A stretch of DNA of 63,080 nt, filler included, from Aduncisulcus paluster (lineage: Eukaryota): assembly GCA_024181965.1 (NCBI GenBank). It is 36 parts of 36 records of this genome, joined end to end, with 100 filler letters (N's around TTAATTAATTAA, not from the genome) between each part and the next. Parts side by side here need not be neighbours in the genome. Positions count along the whole stretch, not along the records: positions 34,688 to 36,068 come from BQXS01002215.1; positions 36,169 to 37,312 come from BQXS01002220.1; positions 37,413 to 38,954 come from BQXS01002222.1; positions 39,055 to 41,504 come from BQXS01002225.1; positions 41,605 to 43,229 come from BQXS01002226.1; positions 43,330 to 45,007 come from BQXS01002238.1; positions 45,108 to 46,137 come from BQXS01002239.1; 29 more parts are not named here. One strand, 5' to 3'. Both the position numbers and the translations under genes were made by a program. Under the pieces are notes generated by a model that was not told the DNA's origin, did no database searches, and saw only the letters and a program-made list of their open reading frames with translations. Positions 34,588 through 46,237 of this stretch are shown here, one piece after another (within the stretch, counting starts at the first letter, position 1; each line of letters starts with the position of its first letter).

Positions 34588-34696
34588 NNNNNNNNNNNNN
34601 NNNNNNNNNNNNNNNNNNNNNNNNNNNNNNNTTAATTAATTAANNNNNNNNNNNNNNNNNNNNNNNNNNNNNNNNNNNNNNNNNNNNCTGAGCACC

Positions 34697-36068
34697 ATGA
34701 GCGCACCTGCAAAGCCTAAGCCGGCTTCTGCTGCTGGGCCGACTCCAGCAGCAGCCCCGGAATCGAACACCGTCGCACCCCAGCGCGTCACCGGCGCGCA
34801 GTCGGTAGTGCGGTCGCTCGAGGAGCTCGGCGTTGAGGTCATCTTCGGCATTCCCGGTGGTGCGGTCCTGCCTGTGTACGACCCGCTGTACGACTCGGTG
34901 AAGGTCCGCCACGTGTTGGTGCGGCACGAGCAGGGCGCTGGGCACGCTGCCAGTGGCTACGCACACGCGAACGGCAAGGTCGGCGTCATGATGGCCACCT
35001 CCGGCCCGGGCGCCACCAACCTGGTCACCCCGCTGGCCGATGCGCAGATGGACTCCATTCCGGTGGTCGCGATCACCGGGCAGGTGGGCCGGGGCCTCAT
35101 CGGCACTGATGCCTTCCAGGAAGCGGACATCTCCGGCATCACCATGCCGATCACCAAGCACAACTTCCTGGTGAACAACGCCGAGGACATCCCGCGGGTC
35201 ATCGCGGAGGCCTTCTACATCGCCTCCTCGGGCCGTCCGGGTGCCGTGCTGGTCGACATCCCCAAGGACGTCCTGCAATCGCAGACCACCTTCAGCTGGC
35301 CGCCGCAGATTTACCTGCCCGGTTACAAGCCCGTCACCAAGCCGCACGGCAAGCAGGTCCGTGAGGCGGTCCGNNNNNNNNNNNNNNNNNNNNNNNNNNN
35401 NNNNNNNNNNNNNNNNNNNNNNNNNNNNNNNNNNNNNNNNNNNNNNNNNNNNNNNNNNNNNNNNNNNNNNNNNNNNNNNNNNNNNNNNNNNNNNNGCCGA
35501 ACTGACCGGCATCCCCGTCGTCACCACCCTTATGGCGCGCGGTGCGTTCCCTGACAGCCACGAGCTGCACATGGGTATGCCCGGGATGCACGGCACAGTC
35601 GGCGCGGTGGCCGCGCTGCAGCGCAGCGATCTGCTGATCACGCTGGGTGCACGGTTCGACGACCGTGTGACCGGGCAGCTGGACTCCTTCGCGCCCGAAG
35701 CGAAGGTGATCCACGCCGATATCGATCCGGCCGAGATCGGCAAGAACCGGCACGCGGACGTGCCGATCGTCGGTGATGTGAAGAACGTCATCAGCGAGCT
35801 GATCGAGGCAATCCGGGCGGACCGAGCTGCTGGCACCGTGGCGGATCCGCTGTCCGAGTGGTGGGAGTACCTAGGCGGTATCCGCAGCACCTACCCGCTG
35901 GGATATGACGCACAGCACGACGGCAGCCTGGGCCCGGAGTTCGTCATCGAGACGCTGGGCAAGATCGCCGGACCGGATGCGGTCTATGTGGCGGGTGTCG
36001 GGCAGCACCAGATGTGGGCCGCGCAGTTCATCAAGTACGAGAACCCGCGCACGTGGCTCAACTCGGGT
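34697..36068 (+). CDS. ilvB: Acetolactate synthase large subunit (partial)
   Basis: [46 protein letters not shown]. Confidence 0.97.
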
Positions 36069-36168
36069 NNNNNNNNNNNNNNNNNNNNNNNNNNNNNNNN
36101 NNNNNNNNNNNNTTAATTAATTAANNNNNNNNNNNNNNNNNNNNNNNNNNNNNNNNNNNNNNNNNNNN

Positions 36169-37312
36169 CTGCAGCGGACCGCACGCGCCAACCACTTGCA
36201 TTCGTATGAACTACCGGCCGATTTGATCATCGAGACCACCCCGTTCACCATCGAGAGCGGGATGCTCGCGGCGGTCGGTAAGCCCATACGCCCCAAGATG
36301 ATTGAGCACTACGGTGACCGGCTTGAGCAACTCTATGTCGATCTCGCCGAGGCCCGTGTCCAAGAGCTACGGCAACTACGCGACACGGCGCAACAACGCC
36401 CGGTCATCGATACCGTCACCGAGGCCGCGCAGGCCCTCCTCGGCATGTCCGCGGACGCGGTCCGCCCGGAGCACCATTTCATCGACCTCGGCGGGGATTC
36501 CCTGTCCGCGTTGACGTTTTCCAATCTCCTCCGGGATCTCTTCGATGTCGAGGTTCCCGTCGGCGTGATCACCGGTCCCGCGGCCGATCTGCGCAAGCTC
36601 GCNNNNNNNNNNNNNNNNNNNNCGCATCTGTCATCAACGCGGCAGAGCTCACGCTCGACAAGTTCATCGATGCCGAAACACTCCGCAAGGCTACGGAACT
36701 GGATGCGCCCGTGAGCGCCGTCAACACCGTCTTACTCACCGGCGCCAACGGGTACCTGGGAAGATTCCTCTGCCTGGAGTGGCTGCAACGTCTGACGCAG
36801 ACGGATGGACAACTGATATGCCTGGTGCGCGGCGACAATGACGAGGAGGCGTTGGCCCGCCTCGAAGCCGCGTACGGCGAAACCGATCAAGCGCTACTGG
36901 ACGAGTTCCGCGCCTTGGCCCAGCGCCATCTGCGAGTGATTGCCGCCGACATCGCCGAGCCCCGCTTCGGTGTGGACGACGCCACGTGGGAGCAGCTGGC
37001 TCACGATGTCGACAAGATCGTCCATCCGGCCGCGCTGGTGAATCACGTGTTGCCCTACAACCAGCTGTTCGGACCCAACGTCTTTGGCACGGCAGAGATT
37101 ATCCGCCTGGCGCTGACCACGCGGATGAAGCCGGTCACCTATCTTTCGACGATGGCCGTCGCCATGACGGTGCCCGATTTCGATGAGGACGGCGATATCC
37201 GCACGGTGAGCCCCACCCGGCACATCGACACGGGCTACGCCAACGGATATGCCAACAGCAAGTGGGCCGGTGAAGTGCTGCTGCGGGAGGCGCATGATCT
37301 GTGCGGCCTGCC
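36169..37312 (+). CDS. car: Carboxylic acid reductase (A-end, PCP and R domain fragment)
   Basis: LGGDSL phosphopantetheine site, [30 protein letters not shown]. Confidence 0.92.
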
Positions 37313-37412
37313 NNNNNNNNNNNNNNNNNNNNNNNNNNNNNNNNNNNNNNNNNNNNTTAATTAATTAANNNNNNNNNNNNNNNNNNNNNNNNNNNNNNNN
37401 NNNNNNNNNNNN

Positions 37413-38954
37413 GTTGCATTTTCAACTAGTTTTTTAATTTCATTTGCAGCTTCTGCTGATCTTGATGCAAGGTTTCTTACCTCTTGAGCAACAACAGCAA
37501 AACCTTTTCCAGCTTCACCTGCAGTTGCTGCTTCAACAGCAGCATTCAGTGAAAGAATATTTGTTTGAAATGCAATTTGATCAATTACAGTAATCGCTTC
37601 ATTTATAGATGTCACTTCTGTATTGATCTCATCCATAGCAAGAGTTGTTTGACTAGCAAGAGCTTCACCTGAACTCACTGATGAAGTTACTGTTTGTGCA
37701 TAAGTCGCCATCTGGATAATATTTTCAGTATTATTTGAAATACTAGTTGTTGATTGATCAAGTGCTGCTGCTATCTCTTCTAGTGAAGCTGCTGCATCAT
37801 TTGAAGCTTTACTTAGCGTATCAACATTTGATAATAAAATATTTGAACTGTTTTGTAGTGTTAATCCATTTGCTTTATTTTGAGATAACATAGTGTTGAT
37901 AGAATCTCTAAGTGTGTTGATATCTTTTACAAGAAGTGCAAATACTCCACTTTCTTCTATTCCATCTATTACTAGCTCTTTTCGATAGTCAAAATTTGCA
38001 TATTCTTCTAAAATAATATTCATATTAGCAAAATGANNNNNNNNNNNNNNNNNNNNNNNNNNNNNNNNNNNNNNNNNNNNNNNNNNNNNNNNNNNNNNNN
38101 NNNNNNNNNNNNNNNNNNNNNNNNNNNNNNNNNNNNNNNNNNNNNNNNNNNNNNNNNNNNNNNNNNNNNNNNNNNNNNNNNNNNNNNNNNNNNNNNNNNN
38201 NNNNNNNNNNNNNNNNNNNNNNNNNNNNNNNNNNNNNNNNNNNNNNNNNNNTTTACTTCATTTTTAAATTCATTTAATGATTTATTATTTGTATTTTTTT
38301 CTATAGTTTGAGAATAAGAACCATGTTTTACTCTTTCTATTACTTTTTTTGCTTCTTCAATTAATAATTGGTCTTCTTGTACGCCATTATCAATTTTAGT
38401 CATGTAAAGATTAAAGCTATCAACTATATCACCTAGTTCATCATTGGCTTGTTTTTTTATGGATGTTTTTGTATGTTCAACATTAGTGATAAGACTTTGT
38501 ATCCCTTCATTTAAAACGGTAATAGGTTTCACAATAAGTTTATTTAGAATCAAAGTGATAATAATTGTAATAAGAATAATTATAATAATAGTAATGAGTG
38601 AAACTGCCATGATTATTTCATTTACTTTCTCTTGTGCATTTTGTTCCATGATAATAATTTTATCTTCTACATCATCAACATACGCACCTGTGGCTATGAT
38701 CCAATTCCATTCTTTAAATAATTGACCATAAGAAAATTTAGGTTGTAAAGTTTCTTTTCCTGGTTTTTCCCAATTGTATTTTACTAAACCACCACCATTT
38801 TTAAGTGATATATTAGATAAGTCTTTAAATAAATAAACACCCGATTTATCTTTGAAGTTTGTTAAATCTTTTCCATCTAATGATGGTTTAAAAGGGTGCA
38901 TAATCATTTTACTAGAACTGTCTTGTATCCAAAAGTATCCATTTTTTCCATATC
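37413..38954 (-). CDS. Methyl-accepting chemotaxis protein with Cache domain (partial)
   Basis: MHPFKP..G Cache domain, TM, HAMP (DELG), [34 protein letters not shown]. Confidence 0.96.
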
Positions 38955-39054
38955 NNNNNNNNNNNNNNNNNNNNNNNNNNNNNNNNNNNNNNNNNNNNTT
39001 AATTAATTAANNNNNNNNNNNNNNNNNNNNNNNNNNNNNNNNNNNNNNNNNNNN

Positions 39055-39950
39055 AAAAGTTTTTCTTTTAAATAGAGTCCTATATTCACATCAATAATTT
39101 CTTTATTTATAATTAACTTTTTTACATAAGATATATCAAGTGAAGCATTTAGTGTATAACTATCTATTAATTCCATTTTATTATTTTCTAGTAGAATCTT
39201 TATATTTTCTTCATTCATTAAATTTACATGACCAGGTGGTAATATCTGTATATGGCTTTCTTTTGCAATATTCCATTCAAAACTATTTGTATTTGGAGTA
39301 GAAAATATAAAGATACCATCATCATCCAATAAGTGATATATTTTTTCTAACAATAAATTCTGATCGACAATATGTTCTAAAGTATCCCACATAGATATAA
39401 CATCATACTTATTTGTGTTATTTATATTTAAAAAGTTATCGTTTATGATTTTATGTTTAGGATACTTTTCATTTAGTTCATTACAAGCTTCCTCGCTCAT
39501 ATCACAACAAGTTACTGTAAAATTCGTTTTATTTTGAGTCAGAGCTTCTATGAAAATACCTATAGCTGAACCGATATCAAGTAACTTACCATGTTTTTTA
39601 TAATTTTTTATCAACTCTACTCTTGGTTTGAATAATTCAACTCTATTTTCAAATGATTCTCTAAAAAATTCATTTTCAAAAGATTTCATTTTACTATTAT
39701 AATATTTATAAAGTTGTTTATCATTTGGATATGGATTACAAAAAATTAATTTACAATCATTACATATACTCATATTAAATTTATATGCCTCTACATAATC
39801 ACTAACTTCTGTAGATTTGCAAATGGGGCATGAAGTGTGTTTTTCATTTGTATTAGTTATTTGTGAAACCTCTTCATTTATCTCAATCATCATCTCTTTT
39901 AATAATACTTGCTTTTTCTCTGTATGAATTTTATCAAATGTTATTTTCAT
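39055..39950 (-). CDS. Class I SAM methyltransferase with N-terminal CxxC/CxxC (partial)
   Basis: CPIC...CNDC, LLDIGSAIG, WDTLEH, STPN. Confidence 0.88.
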
Positions 39951-41503
39951 TGTTTTATTACCAAAAAATTATTTAAGATAAGAGCATCAAGATCACTATT
40001 TTCAAAAACATATACTGCATCTTTCGGTGAATTTACTATNNNNNNNNNNNNNNNNNNNNGGATATCCATGAAGGTTAAAACTTGTATTCATTAAAGCACC
40101 TCTTCCTGTTAGTTTAGCAAATTCATTTAAAATATCATATAATTCTTCATTTGCTTCTTTGTATAATATTTGAGATCTACATGTTTTGTCACTAGGATGA
40201 CAAGCAGCTTTCATTACATCATAACCCAATTTTGTTGTATCAAATGCTATTGTCATATAAGGTGATTTTATATTTTTGTCATTTTTTATATATTGTTTCG
40301 AATATTTATCTAAAATAACTGGTGCAAAGGGCATCCAAAAATCTCTATTTTTAATAGCAGAATTTATTTTTTCTTTGATTTCTAATTTACTTGGATCTGC
40401 TAATATTGATCTGTTCCCGAGTGATCTTTGCCCAAATTCCATACGCCCTGCAGATCGTGCAATTATTTTCCCATCACTCAAAAGTTCTGCAATTTGAAAA
40501 TTTGTATAATTTTCTATTATTGTATATTTTGTGATATCTAGGGAATTAATACTTTCTAATTCTTCTTTTTTATCAAATTCTNNNNNNNNNNNNNNNNNNN
40601 NTCCTAAGTATAAATTATCTAAACTTTTAATTTTATTTGAATTCCATGAATCACTATTATCTTCATCAACACAATAGGTTGTACTAATTATATGTGATTC
40701 ATCACCTGCACTACCACCTATAAATATATCTTCAACTTCGTCAAGTTTCGCTATCTCTCCCATTGCCTTTACATTCATAGAAACTCCACCAGAAAATACA
40801 ATTTTATGAATATTATATTTTTCAATAGCATTTTTAACCCATTGAACTAATAACTCTTCTGTCCATTTTTGTAATGCATAAGCAATATTGTCAAATCTTG
40901 TACCTTCAAGTTTTTCCTTAAACCAGTAGTAGCTATCTGTTGGTTTTTCTTTCCATTTAAATTCTAATCCATCAACATATAAAGTACTTCGAAAAATTTC
41001 TAGTGCTTTCTTGGCATACGATTCTTTACCATAAGGAGCTAATCCCATCACTTTAAATTCATGTTCACTTGGCTTCATCCCTAATAATAGAGTCATATAT
41101 CTATAAATGCGTGCTATATTACATTCTGTATTTATATGAAGAGTCTCATATCGTCCATTTTCATCAAAAATACCTATAGTTGCATTTTTCCCATCACCCC
41201 ATCCATCAGCTGTAAATGCTAATACTTTTTCATTTCTGAAGGGTGAAGCATAATAAGAATATGCTGCATGGCTTCTATGATGTTCAACTATAGCAATTTT
41301 ATCAACCATAGTATTTAAATAGTCTGCAATAAGCTTTGGGGCATCCTCTTCAAACTGTTCTATATTTCTTTCCAATAGCCTTTTTTCCCAATACTCTTTA
41401 GGATATTGATTTGTATTAATTTTATGGTTCATTACTTCATAAATTGTTTTTGAAAAAGATTTATCACCTAGTAGTTTATTTTTCCAATAATTGTTATTTT
41501 CAT
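39947..41503 (-). CDS. NodU/CmcH-family O-carbamoyltransferase (5' partial)
   Basis: HHRSHA, DGWGD, EFKVMGLAPYG, SGGVSMN, MEFGQRSLGNRSILADP, PFAP, NTSFNLHG. ATGA-coupled to the methyltransferase. Confidence 0.93.
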
Positions 41504-41604
41504 ANNNNNNNNNNNNNNNNNNNNNNNNNNNNNNNNNNNNNNNNNNNNTTAATTAATTAANNNNNNNNNNNNNNNNNNNNNNNNNNNNNNNNNNNNNNNN
41601 NNNN

Positions 41605-41794
41605 TTATGCGAAAGAGAGCATATTAGTAGGAAGCACAAATGATGAGTATCTTGACTTAGATGAAGCAATTCAACTTCAAAGTAAACTCAATGTAGGTTT
41701 AAAAATACTTCAAGATGCAGGACATATAAATGCCCAAAGTGGTTTTGGTGAATTACAGTGTGCAATTGATTGGATAGAGAGAGAAATAGCCTAA
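41605..41794 (+). CDS. RBBP9/YdeN-family hydrolase C-terminus
   Basis: STNDEY...AGHINAQSGFG. Confidence 0.8.
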
Positions 41795-42908
41795 ATGATA
41801 CTGAGTATAGAAAGTAGCTGTGATGATAGTAGCATCGCTATAACAGATATAAAAACAAAAAAGCTACTCTACCATAAAAAAATCTCTCAAGAGTTACAGC
41901 ATAGTGTATATGGTGGTGTTGTACCTGAGCTAGCTGCTCGTTTACATATTGAAGCTTTACCTAAAATTCTAGAAGAGTGTACAGAGTATTTTCCAAAGCT
42001 AAAAGCAATTGCAGTAACAAATGCTCCTGGTTTAAGTGTAACGCTAACAGAGGGTGTTACCATGGCAAAAGCACTTGCTTTGAGTTTAAACATACCACTT
42101 ATAGGTGTCAATCATCTCAAAGGGCATATCTATTCTTTATTTATTGAAAAAGAGACACTCTTTCCTTGTACTGTATTATTGGTTTCAGGTGGGCATACAC
42201 AACTAATTGAGGTAGAAAACTTAAATAACATGAGTGTTGTTGGTCAAACCATTGATGATAGTTTTGGTGAGAGTTTTGATAAAGTTTCAAAAATGATGAA
42301 GCTTGGATATCCAGGTGGTCCTATAATAGAAAAATTTGCACTTCATGGTGATGAGAATAGCTATGAACTACCTATCCCTTTGCGACAATCTCCACTTATT
42401 CAGTTTAGTTATAGTGGGCTTAAAAATGCTGTTCGTTTAGCTATTTTAAAAGAGGAAGAAAACAATAATATCAATGAAAAAACTATCTCTAATATCTCTG
42501 CTTCTTTTCAAAAAGTGGCTATAGGGCATATAGTGATGAAACTCAAAAAGTATTTTAAAACAAATCCCNNNNNNNNNNNNNNNNNNNNNNNNNNNNNNNN
42601 NNNNNNNNNNNNNNNNNNNNNNNNNNNNNNNNNNNNNNNNNNNNNNNNNNNNNNNNNNNNNNNNNNNNNNNNNNNNNNNNNNNNNNNNNNNNNNNNNNNN
42701 NNNNNNNNNNNNNNNNNNNNCAAATAAGGCACTTCGTACTCAAATAGAATCACTATGTTCTAAATATAACGCTAAACTATTATTAGCATCTATGGAGTTT
42801 TGTAGTGATAATGCTGCGATGATAGGAAGAGTTGCAGTTGAACAGTACGAATCAAATAATTTTATTGCAATCAATGAGATCAATGTACAAAGTCGTGTAG
42901 AGTTTTAA
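41795..42908 (+). CDS. tsaD: tRNA threonylcarbamoyltransferase
   Basis: [47 protein letters not shown]. Confidence 0.97.
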
Positions 42909-42929
42909 AAAAATTGGAGCATACAAAAT

Positions 42930-43118
42930 ATGGAAGAATTTAAAGTATCAAAAGAAGAACTACATAAAATGTTTGAGAAAAAAGAGATTTTAGATACAAA
43001 TAAAGGTTGGTACTATAAAAATCAAGAAGTAGAAATTATTGCGATACACACAATAGAAAAACGCTATCTACAAGATATGATGAACTCAGATTTCTACAGG
43101 ATTAAACCTGTAGAATAA
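42930..43118 (+). CDS. Small hypothetical protein
   Basis: GGAG RBS; 62-aa ORF directly after tsaD. Confidence 0.65.
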   Translation: MEEFKVSKEELHKMFEKKEILDTNKGWYYKNQEVEIIAIHTIEKRYLQDMMNSDFYRIKPVE

Positions 43119-43229
43119 AACACTGTTCCTATTAACTTTACAGCTAAAAGAGTCAATAAAACTTTCAGTGTAAATAATAACTTTTTACCTTCTACCTTGT
43201 CTCTTAACTTTGTTCCTAGATATGAGCCA
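43094..43229 (-). CDS. Probable TauE/SafE-family membrane protein C-terminus
   Basis: GSYLGTKLRDKVEGKKLLFTLKVLLTLLAVKLI. Confidence 0.65.
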
Positions 43230-43329
43230 NNNNNNNNNNNNNNNNNNNNNNNNNNNNNNNNNNNNNNNNNNNNTTAATTAATTAANNNNNNNNNNNNNNN
43301 NNNNNNNNNNNNNNNNNNNNNNNNNNNNN

Positions 43330-43653
43330 TGTGAAAAAAATTATTTTAATGACAGTGACTCTTTTGAGTATGAGATAACAGATGGAATGATTTGTATAGA
43401 GTATGATTTTTATAGTAAAACTATTGTAACTCAGTTTATAAACACTCTTCATAATATTATTATAGATATATCATTACGAGAAAATAAAGAAGTGATTTTA
43501 TCTGGGGGTGTTTTTCAAAATAAAACTCTTTTAAAAAAGACAACAAAAACCTTATTGGAAAAACAAATTACACACCATATTTCACAAAAAGTACCTTTAA
43601 ATGATAGCGGGATATCTCTTGGACAAATATACTACTTTCTGCATCATTTATAA
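43330..43653 (+). CDS. hypF: Carbamoyltransferase HypF C-terminus
   Basis: VILSGGVFQN..L and VPLNDSGISLGQ. Confidence 0.92.
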   Translation, partial: CEKNYFNDSDSFEYEITDGMICIEYDFYSKTIVTQFINTLHNIIIDISLRENKEVILSGGVFQNKTLLKKTTKTLLEKQITHHISQKVPLNDSGISLGQIYYFLHHL

Positions 43654-44262
43654 CCTGCCATTTTAAATAAAATTTTTTCTTGTTCTTTTACAGAATAATT
43701 AAATTTAAATTCAATCTCTTTTAAATAGTAAAAAAAGTTTTCCTTATTTATCCCTTTATATTTTACAATTGATTCTTCAAAAAATATCCAAAAACTCGTG
43801 ATGATATTTTCTCTTTTTTGTATTTTTGATATTTTATTCATCATCATAAATTTTGAGAACTCCTTAAAATAACTCTCCTCTATCCCATCATCTAAAAACT
43901 GATTTTTGTATCGGTGTAGATTTGGCATAAGTAAATTGTAGACTTTATCTTCATAATTAAATGTCATAAAGTTTATCGCATCAAAAATATTTTTTTTTAC
44001 TTTTTTTTTACTTTTTTCTAGGTAGATATATTCGTCATATTCAAGAACCTCTTTATTATGGTATAGTTCCTCTAAATAGGAAGCAATGAGTTGTCGATAT
44101 CTCTCATATTTCTTTTTCACGGTGACATAGTTTAGATTGTGATTTTGTACACATTGGTTGGCTGTATTGTTTTCACAAAATAGATTGATGATTTTTTGTT
44201 CAAACAAAATCTTTTTTTCACTAAATTTACGAAGACATTTGGCACATTTTTTTTGTGTCGTA
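43644..44262 (-). CDS. IS1595/ISXO2 transposase-like protein with degenerate catalytic site (start lies in the gap)
   Basis: CAKC Zn-ribbon half, HTH-like TANQ...LNYVTV...Y, EYDEY, NIITSFW, YKG....FFYYLKEIEFKFN. Confidence 0.8.
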
Positions 44263-44468
44263 NNNNNNNNNNNNNNNNNNNNNNNNNNNNNNNNNNNNNN
44301 NNNNNNNNNNNNNNNNNNNNNNNNNNNNNNNNNNNNNNNNNNNNNNNNNNNNNNNNNNNNNNNNNNNAACACAATTAGTCCCAAAAATATATAAGAAATA
44401 GAGTAATTAATATTGTTTTTATAAAATTGCGTAAAAATACAACTATAAAAAGTGAAAGGTCATTCATT

Positions 44469-45007
44469 ATGAATAAAATTACTTCTCTATTAATAGGTGC
44501 TTCGATATTTGTACAAGCCCATTTTTTAACATTTTTACCAAGTACAGATAATGTAACAAATAAAAAGGAATCTAACATAAAATTGGATATCTCTTTCATC
44601 CATCCCTTTGAACAAACAGGTATGACAATGGAAAAACCTGAAGTTTATCTCAATAGTAAAAAAACAGAACTCTCTTTAAAAAAGACTACAAAATTTGAAC
44701 ATAAAGCATGGGAAAGTACCTATACGATAAATATGCCAGGTGTTTACAAATTTTTCGTACAGCCTGTGCCATATTTTGAGCCAGCAGAAGAGAAGTTTAT
44801 TTCACATGTTCCTAAAGTTATTATTTCGTCGTTTGGACTTGAAGATGGTTGGGATGAACCTTTGGGATTAAAATATGAGATTATCCCTATGATCAAACCA
44901 TTTGGACTGTATGCTGGAAATTTATTTCAAGGTAAAGTATTACATAATGGTAAACCTGCTTCAAATGTAGAAGTTGAAGTTGAATTATATAATGAGTATG
45001 GTTTAAA
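44469..45007 (+). CDS. DUF4198 periplasmic protein (Ni/Co uptake associated), partial
   Basis: Signal peptide ending AH; F.HPFE, PYFEPAE, GWDEPLGL..EIIP..KPFGLYAGN.FQG.V. Confidence 0.85.
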
Positions 45008-45107
45008 NNNNNNNNNNNNNNNNNNNNNNNNNNNNNNNNNNNNNNNNNNNNTTAATTAATTAANNNNNNNNNNNNNNNNNNNNNNNNNNNNNNNNNNNNN
45101 NNNNNNN

Positions 45108-45498
45108 ATTCCTCGCGGGCCAGCTCGAGCAGGAGGGCCGAACGGGGGAACCCGTTGCGTATCAGTTGTTCCCTCATCGACTCGTATGTGATACCCATCC
45201 GACGGGCAGCCTCGTGATCCGGCACGCCGATGAATTGGTATTCAGACCACTTGCGCACGAATGGATTTCCCGACTCCGGCGGCAGCTCTGGGTCCAGCCA
45301 CATCACGTAGTCACGGGTTGATTGGGCGCAAGTCTGTTGGCCGCGAAGGATCTGGCGCAGTCGTTGGGCCAGCTTTCCTGGACTGCCATTGGCGGTCGCG
45401 ACGGCGTTGACGGACCACCCGATCGCCTGCAGCTTGAGCAGGTGCTCGCGCACGGGGGTGGCGTCGATGTACTGGCGAGGGATTGCCGGGGCGCTCAT
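45108..45498 (-). CDS. Phage-like HTH DNA-binding protein (partial)
   Basis: YIDATPVREHLLKL...GWS..AVA and a second HTH-like segment EAARRMGITYES. Confidence 0.6.
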
Positions 45499-46025
45499 AG
45501 GGTCATATCCGCGTAGAAGTCGCGCAGCTTCGCAAATGCCTTGGCGGTGGCCTCGGCGTCACCGAGTGCCGAATGTGGGCAACGGTTCTCGACCTTGAGG
45601 GCGGCGAGCACGTCAGCCAGTCCCGGCAGCTCGGACGGATCACGCCCGAGTGCCGGGGCCGCGTAGGCGGCGAGATCGGCCAGACGGTGATGCCAGGTCG
45701 GTTGCACGGTCAGCTCTCCAGCGACCAGCCGAGCGTCAAATGCTGGATTGCTCCCAGCGAATGTGTTGTCGCGCAGCATCGCCGAGACCTTGCACCACAT
45801 TGAGGCTGTCTCGGCAGGGCTGAGCATCTTTTGGTACACACCGCGATCGAAGTAACGGTTTATCGCGAACGCCTGGGGCTCGATCGAGACCTTGGACAGG
45901 TCGACGTGCGGCACGAATTGGAGTACCTGTCCGGTGTCGACGTTGATGGCCGCAACCTCGATCGGCGCGCACTGCGGGCCGAGGCCGGTTGTTTCCAGGT
46001 CTACGACGATGAGGTTGCGGGACAT
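45495..46025 (-). CDS. DnaQ/DEDDh 3'-5' exonuclease, mycobacteriophage-like
   Basis: VVDLETTGL, GSNPAFD, HSALGDA; GAGGAG RBS before ATG 46025. Confidence 0.88.
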   Translation of the reverse strand: MSRNLIVVDLETTGLGPQCAPIEVAAINVDTGQVLQFVPHVDLSKVSIEPQAFAINRYFDRGVYQKMLSPAETASMWCKVSAMLRDNTFAGSNPAFDARLVAGELTVQPTWHHRLADLAAYAAPALGRDPSELPGLADVLAALKVENRCPHSALGDAEATAKAFAKLRDFYADMTL

Positions 46026-46237
46026 CAGATCTCCTCTACTTGGCGGGAATGGTGGGCAGGACGGGGGTGGGCCAGCACAGAAGCGCGAGGCCCTTCTCAC
46101 GGGCGATGTCCAGGCACTTGGAGACCAGGACATTGGGNNNNNNNNNNNNNNNNNNNNNNNNNNNNNNNNNNNNNNNNNNNNTTAATTAATTAANNNNNNN
46201 NNNNNNNNNNNNNNNNNNNNNNNNNNNNNNNNNNNNN

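Noticed and set aside
39947-43653. Cluster of three Kae1-fold carbamoyl-transfer genes (NodU-like, tsaD, hypF)
   Set aside because: They lie on three separate scaffolds; the adjacency comes from concatenation.
44385-44468. NikR operator between the transposase-like gene and DUF4198
   Set aside because: I could not find a correctly spaced TRWYA-N15-TRWYA match by eye; the region is simply AT-rich.
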